NCBI GenBank assembly: GCA_046563655.1
Contig: CM102283.1
Coordinates: 5,146,001 to 5,210,000, forward strand
Length of the DNA: 64,000 bases
Direction of reading: 5' to 3'
Source of the DNA: Yuukianura sp. NJ FZ-2021
Lineage: Eukaryota
Shown here piece after piece: positions 25,112 through 36,291 of this stretch; the stretch's first letter is position 1; the number at the start of each line of letters is the position of its first letter. Position numbers and translations under genes: made by a program. A model generated the notes under the pieces. It was not told the DNA's origin and searched no databases. It saw only the letters and a list, made by a program, of their open reading frames with translations.

Positions 25112-28100
25112 ATGTCAACGCGACAACAACGAGCCAGAGCGAGGCATCGACGGCAGTTCCTACGAGCAATCGAATCTAGCAGAGAAGAAGAACAGGGTAG
25201 AAATAGCATTGCTCACTGTGTTGTCCGGCAGGATGAAGAGAACCGTCGTGCAGAACAAGAACGAAATACTGAGGATCATCGTCAACTCCGGGAGAATGAA
25301 GAGTATCGACAACTGGAACAACAACGGGATACTGCATCTCATCGTCAACTACGTGAAAATGATGACTACAGAGAAATGGAACAAAAACGGAATACTGCAG
25401 CTCATCGTCAACTACGTGTTCATATTCATGATGAGTCCTGGGAGTCGGTGGTTGAGGTCTTCGAAGAAAAATGCAGGGAAGGCCCGTCACATATCTGTAT
25501 CTCCTGTGGTGGACTTTGGTTCAAGAAATCTATCAAGCAGCTGCGGCGATCCGACTGTACTCGATTGGATGACAACTTTCTGAACGCTGTTTTCTCTACC
25601 CAACTGGAAGGAAACTTTTGCATTACTTGCCACGCTGCTGTGAAATCTGGTCGTAACTCTCGACTGGATTTAACCAATGGTCTCCAGTTTCCGGCAGTAC
25701 CACCTGAAGTAGCGTCTTTGACACGGCTGGAAGCCAGATTAGTGTCGCCGTACCATGTCTTTCAAGCGATTTGGGCTGTACAAGGACCACAAGGTACATT
25801 TTGATTGTTCAAAAATTAGCGCAGAATTTGATTCGTTTGGCTAATAACAATATTTGTAGGTCAATTGAAGACGAAGGGACGGATTGTGAATGTTCCAGTT
25901 TCCGTGACAAATATTGTTCAAAGTCTGCCTCGCCTCCCTTCAGACGATTCAGTCCTGCATCTTCGGCTGGCCCGTCAGATGCATGTTGAGAAGAATTATA
26001 CTTCCGGAAACATCCGTCCAGAAAAAGTTCTTCAAGCCGCTGAAGTTCTCTGCCAATCTCAGTTGTACACCCAACATGGTGTGAAAGTCTCCAATTCCTG
26101 GCTGGCGGATTCTCGTCGAGAATTGACTTCAGTGGACTCTAGCTTGGAGAGTCGGCTCGAAAACTCTCTTATTCTCTCGAGCGAAGTACATTCGGGAGGA
26201 GAATTTGAAGAATCCACCACAAATGAAACTCTGCTGACCGATAGCGCTGGGCTTCGGATGGCCCCTGCAGAGGGAAATCGCCCTGTTTCTGTTCTCCTGG
26301 ACGAAGACTCAGTATTTCTAGCTTTTCCTCAGTTGTTCGCCGGACACAAGATGAACCCCATTTTTGATGGGAAGAAAATCTCAAGAGCCGATATGTTTAA
26401 ATCGTTTGCTAGGAACAAAGACCGAAGAGCGGCAGAGTCAGTGGATTTTCTTTTGTATATGGCAAAGACTCTGGAAATTGCAAGAATTACTAGTAATCGT
26501 TCGATTCATTTGAGGAAAAGACGAGTCAATGGTGAGCTTATAATTCCAACCGCTGGACAAGTCTTGCACCAGACTTACGTCGATGGCCTCATCCGGGACG
26601 ATAACGCTTATAAAGTTCTGGCGGGAATTAGAAACGCAGGAACTCACTGGAAGAACGAGGGTAACAAAGTTCGGGCAATGATTCGTACCTTTGGCATCGC
26701 TACTTTGTTTGTAACAATCAGCGCGGCAGAGATGAAATGGAACGAGTTACTTGTTTTACTGAAGAAAATTCTGGATGGCGTTGAAATCTCTGAAGAGGAA
26801 GCCGAGCAGTTACCGCATTCTGAAAAGGCGCTTCTCATTCAACGCGACCCGATCACTTGCGCACGTTATTTTGACAACCGTTACTCCGCGCTGAAGGCAA
26901 CTTACCGCTCTCGAAATGGTCCTTTCGGTTGCCACGAAATTCGCCACTTCTACGAAAGGGTGTAGTTCCAGCATCGCGGAAGCCCGCATGTGCATGCGAT
27001 GTTTTGGCTGTCGGACGCTCCAATTTTCAATCCAGAGAATGAATCGCATGACGACGTTACTGCTTTTATTGACAGTATGATAACTTGCAGTACGAACTAC
27101 CCTTCGGAAGATCCAATCAATGGGCTACTATCGCTCCAGACTCATCGGCATACACATACTTGCTACAAAAGGACGCACAAGGGAGTGAAATGTCGCTTCG
27201 GTATTCCTTTTTTCCCAATGGACAAAACTCGTATTCTTTTGCCATTGGAAGATCCGTCAGACTTCAAAGACCTCAAGCTACAGCATAAAGCTATTCGAGA
27301 ATTCTTAGAAAATCGGATGCTTGACCGGGGAATGTCGTTTGAGGAGTTTCTGGAAGCAATTTCTTGCGACCTTCCTTTGTATCTACGAGTAATTCAATCG
27401 AAACTGAAGAAGCCCAACGTGTATCTGAAGAGAAGCCCTTGTGAAATTTATATCAACGCCTACAATGAGAAGATATTACGGCTTCAGAAATCTAATATGG
27501 ACATTCAATTTATCCTTGATCCCTACGCATGTTGTAGCTACATCGTGGACTATATCAATAAAACCAATCGAGGGCTTTCCGAACTGTTGCGGAACGTGGT
27601 GGAGGAAGTGAGGAAAGGTAATGCCCCCCTGAAAGACAGTCTACAAGCTATTGGAGCGGCTCATAACTTGAACAGCGAACTTTCGGCCCAGGAAGCAGCC
27701 TACAATGTTTTGCAAATGCCAATGAGCTATTCTTCGGAAAAATGTATCTTTGTTCAGACTGCTCCTGCCAGCCATCGTACAAGAATGTTGAAGTCTCAGG
27801 CGGATCTATCCCAGTTGGACCCCGATGACCAGAACATTTTCTTTACTAGTCCAACTGATCACTATGCTCAACGACCACTTGCATTGGAATCACTGAATCT
27901 TGCTCAATTCTCTGCATGGTATGAATATTCCAAAACTATGAGAAAACAGGTAGTCGAACCACACGAAGAAGACGACGCATCTCCGAAAGAAGAAACGGCA
28001 ACCGAAGTTTACAAGTTGAGAGACGGTTCTGGATACGTACGAAAGAGGAAATTTGCAAAAGTCATTCGCTTCGTGCGTTACAACAAAGAAAAAGATCCAG

Positions 28101-30738
28101 ACAACTTTTTCCGGGAACTCTTGATGTTGTATAAGCCATGGAGAAACGAAGAGCAAGAGTGTGGGGAAAATACGGACTATCGAAAAATTCTAGCTGAAAA
28201 TATTGACTTGATCACCAGAAGCAGAAAAGAATTTAATTTCTTTGAAGATTGTATTCTTGACATTGCGATGGAGGAAGTTCTCGCTAGGCCACCGGAGAAT
28301 GAAGATGACTTGGATGAAAATCAGCCTTCGGCCGAAGACCTGCGCGAGTATCGTCTGGAAGATTCTTCAGGCACTAACGCAGTTGACTTTGGAAGCTACG
28401 AAAGACGACCATTTGCTGAAACTTTCAAGAATCCACAGTTGACTTCCAATGATGAGTACTGGGCGCTACTCGCATCTTTGAACGACGAACAAAGGGATTT
28501 GGTGTATCATACTTTTGATCAAGTGAAGCGGCATGACAATATACAATTTCAGATCTACTTGAAAGGAGGAGCGGGTGTCGGAAAATCCCATGTTATAAAG
28601 ACATTGCATCAGGGGCTCGTCAGAATTTTCAACTCTGATGTCAATCGTAATCCGGACAGAATCTGTGTATTACTGGTGGCACCCACTGGAAAAGCGGCCT
28701 TCAACATTGGAGGCTCCACTCTTCACACTGCATTTCAGTTACCTGTTAACCAACGTGAAGCTGGAACCCTTTCGGCCGATGTTTCAAATACGATGGCTGC
28801 AACTTACTCGGAACTGAAGGTCTCACATTCTTTCACATATTTTATGTTCTTAGCTTAATCTAACTTAACATGCTGATTTTCAGATCGTTATATGCGACGA
28901 AATTAGCATGGTGGGCGAACATTTGTTGGAACAAGTGGACAAGCGCTTACGTGATCTATTTACTTCAAGCGCACCTTTTGGCGGAATCTCTTTCATTGCC
29001 GTTGGTGACTTCTACCAGCTACCACCAGTTCTGGCTGTCCCGTTGACGCATGGCACGATGAGCAACTCCATCTCATCTTTATTCCATCGGCCGCTCTGGC
29101 ATCACTTTCTTGTGCACGAGCTGACCACAATCATGCGCCAAAGCGAAGATATCGCCTTTGCTGTGGCCCTCAATAACATGGCCAGGGGAGTGATGACTGA
29201 TTCAGATAAGGAACTGATGCGAAGCCGGTGCTTCGACGCCCTGCCAACGGAAGTGGCGGAACTGAGACCTATCCACTTCTTCCAGACCAATGCTGCAGTG
29301 ACCGCGTTCAACGAAATGTTCCTTCAGCAGATGCCAGGAGAACTGATCCTCAGCAGAGCTACCGATACTGTTCGTGGTGATGTCCCTCAGACGTCAAAAG
29401 TCCGTCTTCTGCAAAGGTTTCAGACGAAACCGTTGAACGAAACAATGGGCCTTCCTCTGCAACTTCAATTGAAAATTAACGCCCGATACATGATGACAGC
29501 TAATGTGGATTGTTCGGATGGATTAGTGAATGGGGTGACAGGAATTCTACGACGAATTGACCTTGGTGTCGCGGTACAAGATCCAAATGACCGCATTCCA
29601 CTTCGACTATGGCTGGAGTTTGAAGATACTAGAAGTGGTCAACAATTGCGCCGCCGGTACGAGTCAATTGTAGAAAATTTGGGCGTTGAGTCAACTTGGA
29701 CGCCAGTGGAGCTACTCACACAAGAGATACATCAAAAGAATGCCAGCATAAAAATCACACGGAAGCAGTTTCCTCTTGTTCCTGCAGAAGCAATCACCAT
29801 TCATAAGAGCCAAGGAATCACGTGTCAAGCGTAAGTATATAATAAGTATTCCAATTTATTTTACAATTTAAGCATTCCAATTTATATTGTGCAGTGCTGT
29901 ACTCCATATTGATCGTACTCGCCACATTTCTCGAGCTTTGATCTACGTCGGCTGTTCTCGACCTACGAAAGCCAGTGGCCTTTACATTATGGGGGACTTC
30001 AGGCCTACTAAACCAATTTCACCGACAAGTCCTCTCGCCTTGGAAATGGCTCGTCACGAAACCATGAAGCTGGTCCCAGTCTTTCAATCGCTTCATAAAA
30101 GGGATGATGGTTTAATCCAGTTCCTTTACCACAACGTCCAGTCATTGCCAAAGCATTCCGCAATTTATTCTTCGGATGCAAGTTACAAAATGAGCGACAT
30201 TCTTCTCTTTGGTGAAACATGGACTCTGCCGGAAGACAATGTCACAATTGGAGATCATGTGAAAATCTGCAGTGTCGATTGTGTGACAGAAAGGCGACCA
30301 CTCGGAGCCAGAATTTATTTGCGGCAGCATTTGACAAATCGCATCCTGAGTACTACTACTAGATTTGTCGAAGATGAGCATGGAAGTTGCAGCTGTGTAG
30401 CCATGAATTTTGCTGGAACAAACGTAATTGGAATTTACATCAGCCCACGTTTTCGTTGGTGTCTCTTTACCTCCATAATTTCATCTCTAATCAACTCCCT
30501 TGGTGGCTCAAGGACGATCGTCGCCGGAGACTTCAACGTTCATTTCAATCTCATTGCTTCAGCTGAACGCAAGTCGATGTTGGATCTTGGACGACAACTT
30601 CGTTCTACTGACTTGCCTACGACAAAGTTCGGAACCCAAATCGACGCGGTCTTTGCTTCATTTGAATTAGATGCGATTGGATTGTACACGTCCGCGACAT
30701 CTATCCACGAGCCAATTTGGGGAAGGTTCTCTCAATAA
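25112..30738 (+). pseudogene. Helentron Rep/Pif1-helicase/APE-endonuclease transposase (~1810 codons, 4 exons) with one in-frame stop
   Basis: Exons 25112-25793, 25860-28819, 28884-29830, 29895-30738 joined by 64-66 bp GT-AG introns in consistent phase. Motifs: CISC/CITC Zn sites, GQLKTKGRIVNVP, LFVTISAAEMKW, *FQHRGSPHVH (TAG at 26963-26965), YIVDYINK, GGAGVGKS, APTGKAA, DEISM, GDFYQLPPV, TIHKSQG, then HNVQSL, ETW, GDFNV, IDAVF, SIHEPI. Confidence 0.93.
25252..25420 (+). repeat. 60-bp (20-aa) coding tandem repeat, ~3 copies, in the transposase N-terminus
   Basis: EQERNTEDHRQLRENEEYRQL / EQQRDTASHRQLRENDDYREM / EQKRNTAAHRQLR; CATCGTCAACT recurs about every 63 bp. Confidence 0.8.
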
Positions 30739-31184
30739 TTATTTCAATAATCATATATTAAACATTAATAACCTTCAAAATGTAAATAAATCGCACCATC
30801 TCAAGTGTAATACACTTAAATTTTACATTTAAAGAGTTTTACTACTTAAACGCTACGAAGAATTTTTAAGAAATAAACCTTTTTCTGTTCTATACAGTTG
30901 GTAGAATGCAGAAAAATTAAAGCTCAGCTCTAGCCTTCAACTAGAACTTCAACTAGAATAAAGTTCAACTTATTGTTACAAACTTCAGTAAGTTTTCCTA
31001 GTTTGTGTATAGTTTGTAAAAAAAAACTCAGGTTTAACTCTAGACTCGAACTTGAAACGATCTTAGCAAAGAACTTCAATTTCTAATAAATCAATACCAT
31101 AAACACTTTTGTTGTATTTATTAGTTTAATTAGTTTCGTTCTTGTAAATTGATCACTTTGTATGATAATTGATTCATATTTTCA

Positions 31185-32442
31185 CTATTGTAATAGTCGA
31201 TTCAGCGTATCTGCCTCCGCGGCTTCGAACCACTCTAACAAAAGCTTGGCCGTGCTATGATCTTTTCCCACTAAGATCAAATCGCCAGGATTGCAGTCAA
31301 TTGAGTTGACACCATTGTAACTAGAAATCTTCACGAGCTTGAACAAGATAATTTCAAAAGGAGCAACTTGCACGGTTTCGGTCATATTATTCCATAGCTT
31401 TGCAGTAAACTTTCCAGTCTTGTCCACAAGAGTAAGTTGACGAAGTCTGCATGTTGGGAACTCTTTGACATCTTCAATTTCAATTACCAGACCCGCCATG
31501 TCAACATATTGCCCGGCTGACATCAATTTGAGGTCTTCCGAATCAATCGGAGTGATCTTTACCACATGAGCAGCTCCTTTGGGTGCAGTGATGACGGTGG
31601 TTTCAGTGCTACTGGCATCAAAGGATGAGTTTGTCAATTTGTTTCTGTTGTCCTTTGGCCGAAGTAGAAAATTTTCGATGCGCACAAATGAGTTCACCTA
31701 AAACATTTTATGGATTTTATAGTTAATTATTAAAATATTGTTAAAACAGTTTTACAATGAAGAATGTACTCTTACCTGGAGCAGCGATTCCCATTCTGGT
31801 TTCATTCCAAACAATGTAAACTGGATCTCCCCGGACTCGTCACCAAAAACAAAATGCTGCAGTTGGCCTCCGTTCCCGTACGCCATTGGTCGTGCAACCT
31901 TCAACACGAGGACTTCGATTACACGAGATGTAACTGGGAGGTTAGGATGCAGCTGCTTCACAGCGATCACGGGAAGTTCAGCTGGGTCCTCGTTTGATTT
32001 CACTTGAGCTTTTTCAATCTGGCTTTTCCACTGCTGAAACGGCGACATGCAGCTTTGAGTACCGCTAGAACCAGGCATGGGTTCAATCAGAGCGGATCCA
32101 CTTTGATTGGCTTAATAAATAAAAATGATTAGTCATACTACTGTAAAAGCGACATTGGTTTTCAAAGTACATTTAACAATTACCTGAAGGTTGTACATTA
32201 TGTTCCGCACTTGAAGTATTGGATTCAAGGCTCTCACTCACATCACTGGCATTTTGCGCTTGATCAATAGCTGCATCACTCGTTTCGATTTCTATTTAAG
32301 AAAAATACGAGTTCCAAAAAATGTATACCAATGATACCAAATTTGTATTATTTTATGAATTACCTTCTGCATCGACCCATTTTGGAATCTTCTGAGAAGG
32401 CTCAGCTTTGGAATTAGAAGATCCCTTCTTCTTAGGCGGCAT
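31185..32442 (-). CDS. RPA70-like ssDNA-binding protein with two OB folds (DBD-A and DBD-B), ~344 aa, Helentron cargo
   Basis: Exons 32442-32364, 32291-32184, 32110-31776, 31697-31185 splice in frame with GT-AG introns; starts MPPKKKG (NLS-like); FVFGDESGEIQFTLF, VDMAGLV, LVDKTGKFTAKLW, KISSYNG and AKLLLEWF parallel RPA1 DBD-A/B motifs. Confidence 0.85.
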
Positions 32443-33052
32443 ACTAACGCCTTACGCAATAGATACTTGAAGAAAAAGTTGAAGAGTTACAAAACTTCAA
32501 TGTAGATCACGTTGGTCACGAGAATCTGAACGTACTTGAACGGATCACAACTTTTGAAAAATGATTTTCGTTAATAACTTCGAAACGCTGCTTAGTGCTA
32601 ATTCAGATAAACATTAAAAAATAAACATCAGTTTTGTTGTGATGAAGACTTATTTACTGTGTGGGCGGATACTCAATTTTAAGTAATTAGCCATGGTATT
32701 TTATTTAACTCCAATAGTTACAAATTTGAAGAATGTCGTCAGACAGTTTTCTAGATTGATTCGTGACATATTTTAAATTCTTTTTACATGAAAATTATGT
32801 TTTTCTCAAAAAAAGTTATCAATTTTTGAAGTGTTGGAAACTACATTTTTCACGTTTTTCAACTAGCCAAGGTTTCCCTGACAACATATATGACAGTGTT
32901 TCGTATTGTTTATTACTATTTAAAACTACTCTACTCGTGAAACAAATCTCTGCCATGATGTCATTCGAATTTCAAAAATTAGAGTTTTTCGAATTTCAAA
33001 AGTTGGTTTACGTTTTGACAGATTGTAGACGATTAAACACAATATTTTTACA

Positions 33053-33715
33053 ATGTCGCGTCTCATATATTTCGACGGCATACACAGCGACGAATTTCAG
33101 AAAATTGTCGCTGACTATAAGCATGAGAACAAGAAGAATTTTCATTTGGTACGGGAAGGTGACATCGCTGTGGAAGTCGAAGGGCAGAAAGTCGGAGTTT
33201 GCAAATCGTTGAAGCAACTCTACAGCATTAAGATCACAAGCTTTCCATCATTGACATTGACAGAGAAAAAAAAAATTCTACTTCCAATTGTGTTTTACAC
33301 ACACGGTGATGTTCCCATGCACTTGTTCGACCATGTCTCTCTGCTCTACCTGGATCTCGACAAAGGCTTGGCGACGTACTACTGTCAAAATCATAAGTCA
33401 ATTTTTGAAAGAGCGGCCAAGACAAATGTGATGATCAGAATTCGCGACTGCTTCCCAGGAATCAAGATACGCTTTCGCAAACACAAATTTGTGAATGTCA
33501 TGAAGCAATGTTATCCGGATTCTTGCTCGCTATTGGCTCTTTGGTTCCTGTTTAAGATTGTAGAAACTGATGGAGAGAAAATACAGGATATGAAACTGCC
33601 AACATTTATGCAACTACATTCTTTCCGAAAGAAGTTGAAGTTGAAACAGGATCAGCATCAGAAAATGCAACCGAAGAAAAAATTGAAGCGACTGACAACG
33701 ATCTCCGAAACTTGA
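33053..33715 (+). CDS. Divergent Ulp1/SENP-like (C48, clan CE) cysteine protease, 220 aa, Helentron cargo
   Basis: ILLPIV...HVSLLYLD....ATYYC...KQCYPDSCSLLALWF follows the order and spacing of Ulp1 iPi...HW.L..iD....i.yyDS...Q.N..DCG.F; the canonical Asp position reads Cys; basic C-terminal tail. Confidence 0.6.
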   Translation: MSRLIYFDGIHSDEFQKIVADYKHENKKNFHLVREGDIAVEVEGQKVGVCKSLKQLYSIKITSFPSLTLTEKKKILLPIVFYTHGDVPMHLFDHVSLLYLDLDKGLATYYCQNHKSIFERAAKTNVMIRIRDCFPGIKIRFRKHKFVNVMKQCYPDSCSLLALWFLFKIVETDGEKIQDMKLPTFMQLHSFRKKLKLKQDQHQKMQPKKKLKRLTTISET

Positions 33716-33961
33716 ATCAAATCGATATGCTGTAATTATGTTCATTTACAAATAACTCAGTCCTTCAATGTATTGTAACGTTTCTCTTGTATTGTATACT
33801 TTGTAGCGTTAGATTAGAAATAAAAGATTCAATTCGCTTTTCCAAGCTTTTTCGACAACGCCATTTTTTTGTAAGTCGTATTAATTGTCAACTACCTCCA
33901 GAAGACCAATGCTCAACCCTTGAGCATTGCCCTACCTTGTTTGAGAAAAGTACTTCTAAAA

Positions 33962-35128
33962 CAAGGTAGGGCAATGCTCAAGGGTTGAGCATAGGTCTTC
34001 TGGAGGGAGTTGACAATTTATACGACTTTTAGATCGGCCGGCCGCAAAACCGTGTAACAATAAGGTGAGAAACCGTTTTCATGGAATTGATGCACCGAAC
34101 CATCGCTCAAAATTTTCAGTGCGGAGGTGAGGTTCTATTTTGTGCATGATTTGCACCAGAATTGTGTTGGCAATTCTACCGTTCAATTGCACCAACATCA
34201 TGTTCCTGTTTTGAGGCTCACAATACCTGCACTGAATTGATGTTGTTAATTTCTTGAGCAAGATACACACTGTATTTTCGATTGTTGGCATGGCAATACA
34301 TCATACATAACAGCGTTAATTTAACTGCATCATAATGTTGTTCAAATTGGGCTCAGATTTCACTCTGCTCAAAATTATTTTGATGCACAATGGTTCTCAA
34401 GCATGCACAAAACTTTCAGTTGTGTGCATCATGCACAAAACTGACGTGGGGGAGGGGGGTCGAATGTCGATTCCTAAAAATCAAAATTGGTTCATGTAAA
34501 TGCACAATTCAACGTTTATGTATCCCTGTTGGTCATAAGTGTGCAACATGCACAAAAATGAACGCTAGAGTGAGGGGTCGAATATGGCTTGTAAAACTCG
34601 AAGTTATAAAAATTTCTAGTAACTGCAGCTTTGACCCCTGTCATGCACCATTCACATATTAAACATCTAAGCCAGATTTTCTACCCTCTAGTTAAGTCTT
34701 AATTTAACAACGTAATTAAACTAACTGTCAGAAAATGACAGGATCAAAACTTCGTTGTTTAAATATATTTTGAGTGTAATCGAAACCAAAATGTTTCCGG
34801 GAAACGACTGCACTTAGGGTGCATAAAGTGGTCGCCCATTTCCACGTTGTTAATATTACACTTTGAGTGCAATTTAGACTTAATGAAAACACTTGAGGCA
34901 TACATAACCCCCCGGACAAAATGGAGCTTATGTTTTAGCGCAAAAGATACTAAAAAAGCGAACGGACAGACAGACAGACAGACAAAGTCATATCAATAGT
35001 CTTCTTCAGCACGTCGTAGACGTGCGTCTCCAGAAGACTAAAAAGCGAACGGACAGACAGACAGACAGACAAAGTCGTATCAATAGTCTTCTTCAGCACG
35101 TCGTAGACGTGCGTCTCCAGAAGACTAA
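33962..35128 (-). mobile_element. Complete HINE/DINE-1-like element, tail-to-tail with the Helentron, with its 5' 87 bp duplicated in tandem
   Basis: 3' end CAAGGTAGGGCAATGCTCAAGGGTTGAGCAT at 33962; body colinear with 23014-23997; the 5' terminus appears twice, ending at 35039 and 35126. Confidence 0.88.
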
Positions 35129-35154
35129 AAGGAATGATGAAAAACTTTGAATAG

Positions 35155-36291
35155 GGTATAGTTTTAGTGATGAAGGAAAGTACGTGAAAACTGACGAAGA
35201 AGCAGCTCATGACCTCTACATCGCCCTGACCCAGTTCTTTACTCTCTTTGCCCAATATGCTCTAAGGGATTTTTATCTTACTGGGGAGTCATACGCAGGT
35301 CAAATACTTTTTAACTTTTTCAAGGTAGTTTTGTTTTTTATGCTGCCAATTGACAAAATTGTTCATTCCAATATTGTAATTTTTAGGAAAGTACATTCCA
35401 GCTTTGGCTGTTAAAATTCATAGAGAGAACAAACACTCGCCAAAAGTTAGGATGAACTTGAAAGGAATGGCGATTGGAAACCCATTAACAGACCCAGTGC
35501 ACAACACTGGTCAATACTCAACATTCTTGTATGACGTCGGACTTATTGATGAGCGGGAAAAAATGTACTTTGAACAGCGACAAAATGCTTCCAAAATCGC
35601 TGCACAACAGGGCCACTGGGCCATGTCGTTTGAGGTCAGGGCGTCCACAAATGAAAAAATTGAAAATACAAATGAAAATTATAGCTTGCCATGTTTTAAA
35701 AAAGTTTTAAACGGTTTTCTTGTTTGGACATAGATTTTCGGTAGTTTGATTCTAAGCAGCCGGAACAATTTTACATACTTTATAAATGTAACCGGATGCA
35801 CTTTTTCCTACAACATTGTGCAGTGTAATAAGCCACCTGACCAGAAATACTTTGGAGAATACCTTCAGCAGTCCAGCGTTCGACGCGCCATTCACGTTGG
35901 AAGTCAAGAATACTTTCCCAACATCAACAGGAAAGTTGTGGACGGTATTATTGGAGACATCATGAAGTCAGGACTTCATCGGGTGCGCGAAATACTTGAT
36001 GCTTCCGAAGGCTATAAAGTTCTATTTTATTCTGGCAATCTGGACGCTACTGTTCCAACCATCGTGACAGAGGAAATGCTGCTGCAACTGCGTTGGAGTG
36101 GGGCCAATGTGTTCGCAACAGCGCAGAAAAAACAGTGGCGAGCAGGAAAAAAAGTCGTCGGCTATGTTCGGAAGGGAAAGAATTTGACGTTGTTGATTGC
36201 ACGGAATGCTGGACACTTTGTTCCTTACGATCAACCTAAAGTCGCTCTGGACATGATCAACACCTTCACATCCGGAAGAGAGTTTGCCTAA
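35155..36291 (+). pseudogene. Serine carboxypeptidase S10 (CPVL/venom serine carboxypeptidase-like), 3' three exons only
   Basis: Exons 35155-35298, 35387-35634, 35734-36291 splice in frame: GYSF..., GESYAGKYIP (Ser), NLKGMAIGN, YSGNLD (Asp), AGHFVPYDQP (His); signal peptide and WLQGGPG exons not seen in the window. Confidence 0.85.

Larger units (their letters stand above)
24070..33939 (+). mobile_element. Full-length Helentron (Helitron2-type rolling-circle transposon), ~9.9 kb
   Basis: 5' TT-AGTCTTCTGGAG, GCACGTC-TAC-GACGTGC hairpin and (GTCY)n; 3' CTCCAGAAGAC, ATGCTCAA-CCC-TTGAGCAT stem-loop and CTACCTTG followed by TTT; encloses a Rep-helicase-endonuclease gene. Confidence 0.92.

Noticed and set aside
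26963-26965. Alternative genetic code with TAG read as Glu
   Set aside because: Only one such codon in more than 2,500 codons of recognisable genes, and TAG ends the RPA-like gene normally; a point mutation or error is simpler
29887-30738. Independent LINE endonuclease ORF
   Set aside because: It splices in frame to the helicase, its N-terminus carries the last helicase motif (LIYVGCSR), and no reverse transcriptase follows
24070-35128. One 11-kb cut-and-paste transposon with ~700-bp TIRs
   Set aside because: The apparent TIRs are the 5' ends of two separate, oppositely oriented family members, each with its own 3' subTIR and stem-loop at 33939 and 33962; no TSD
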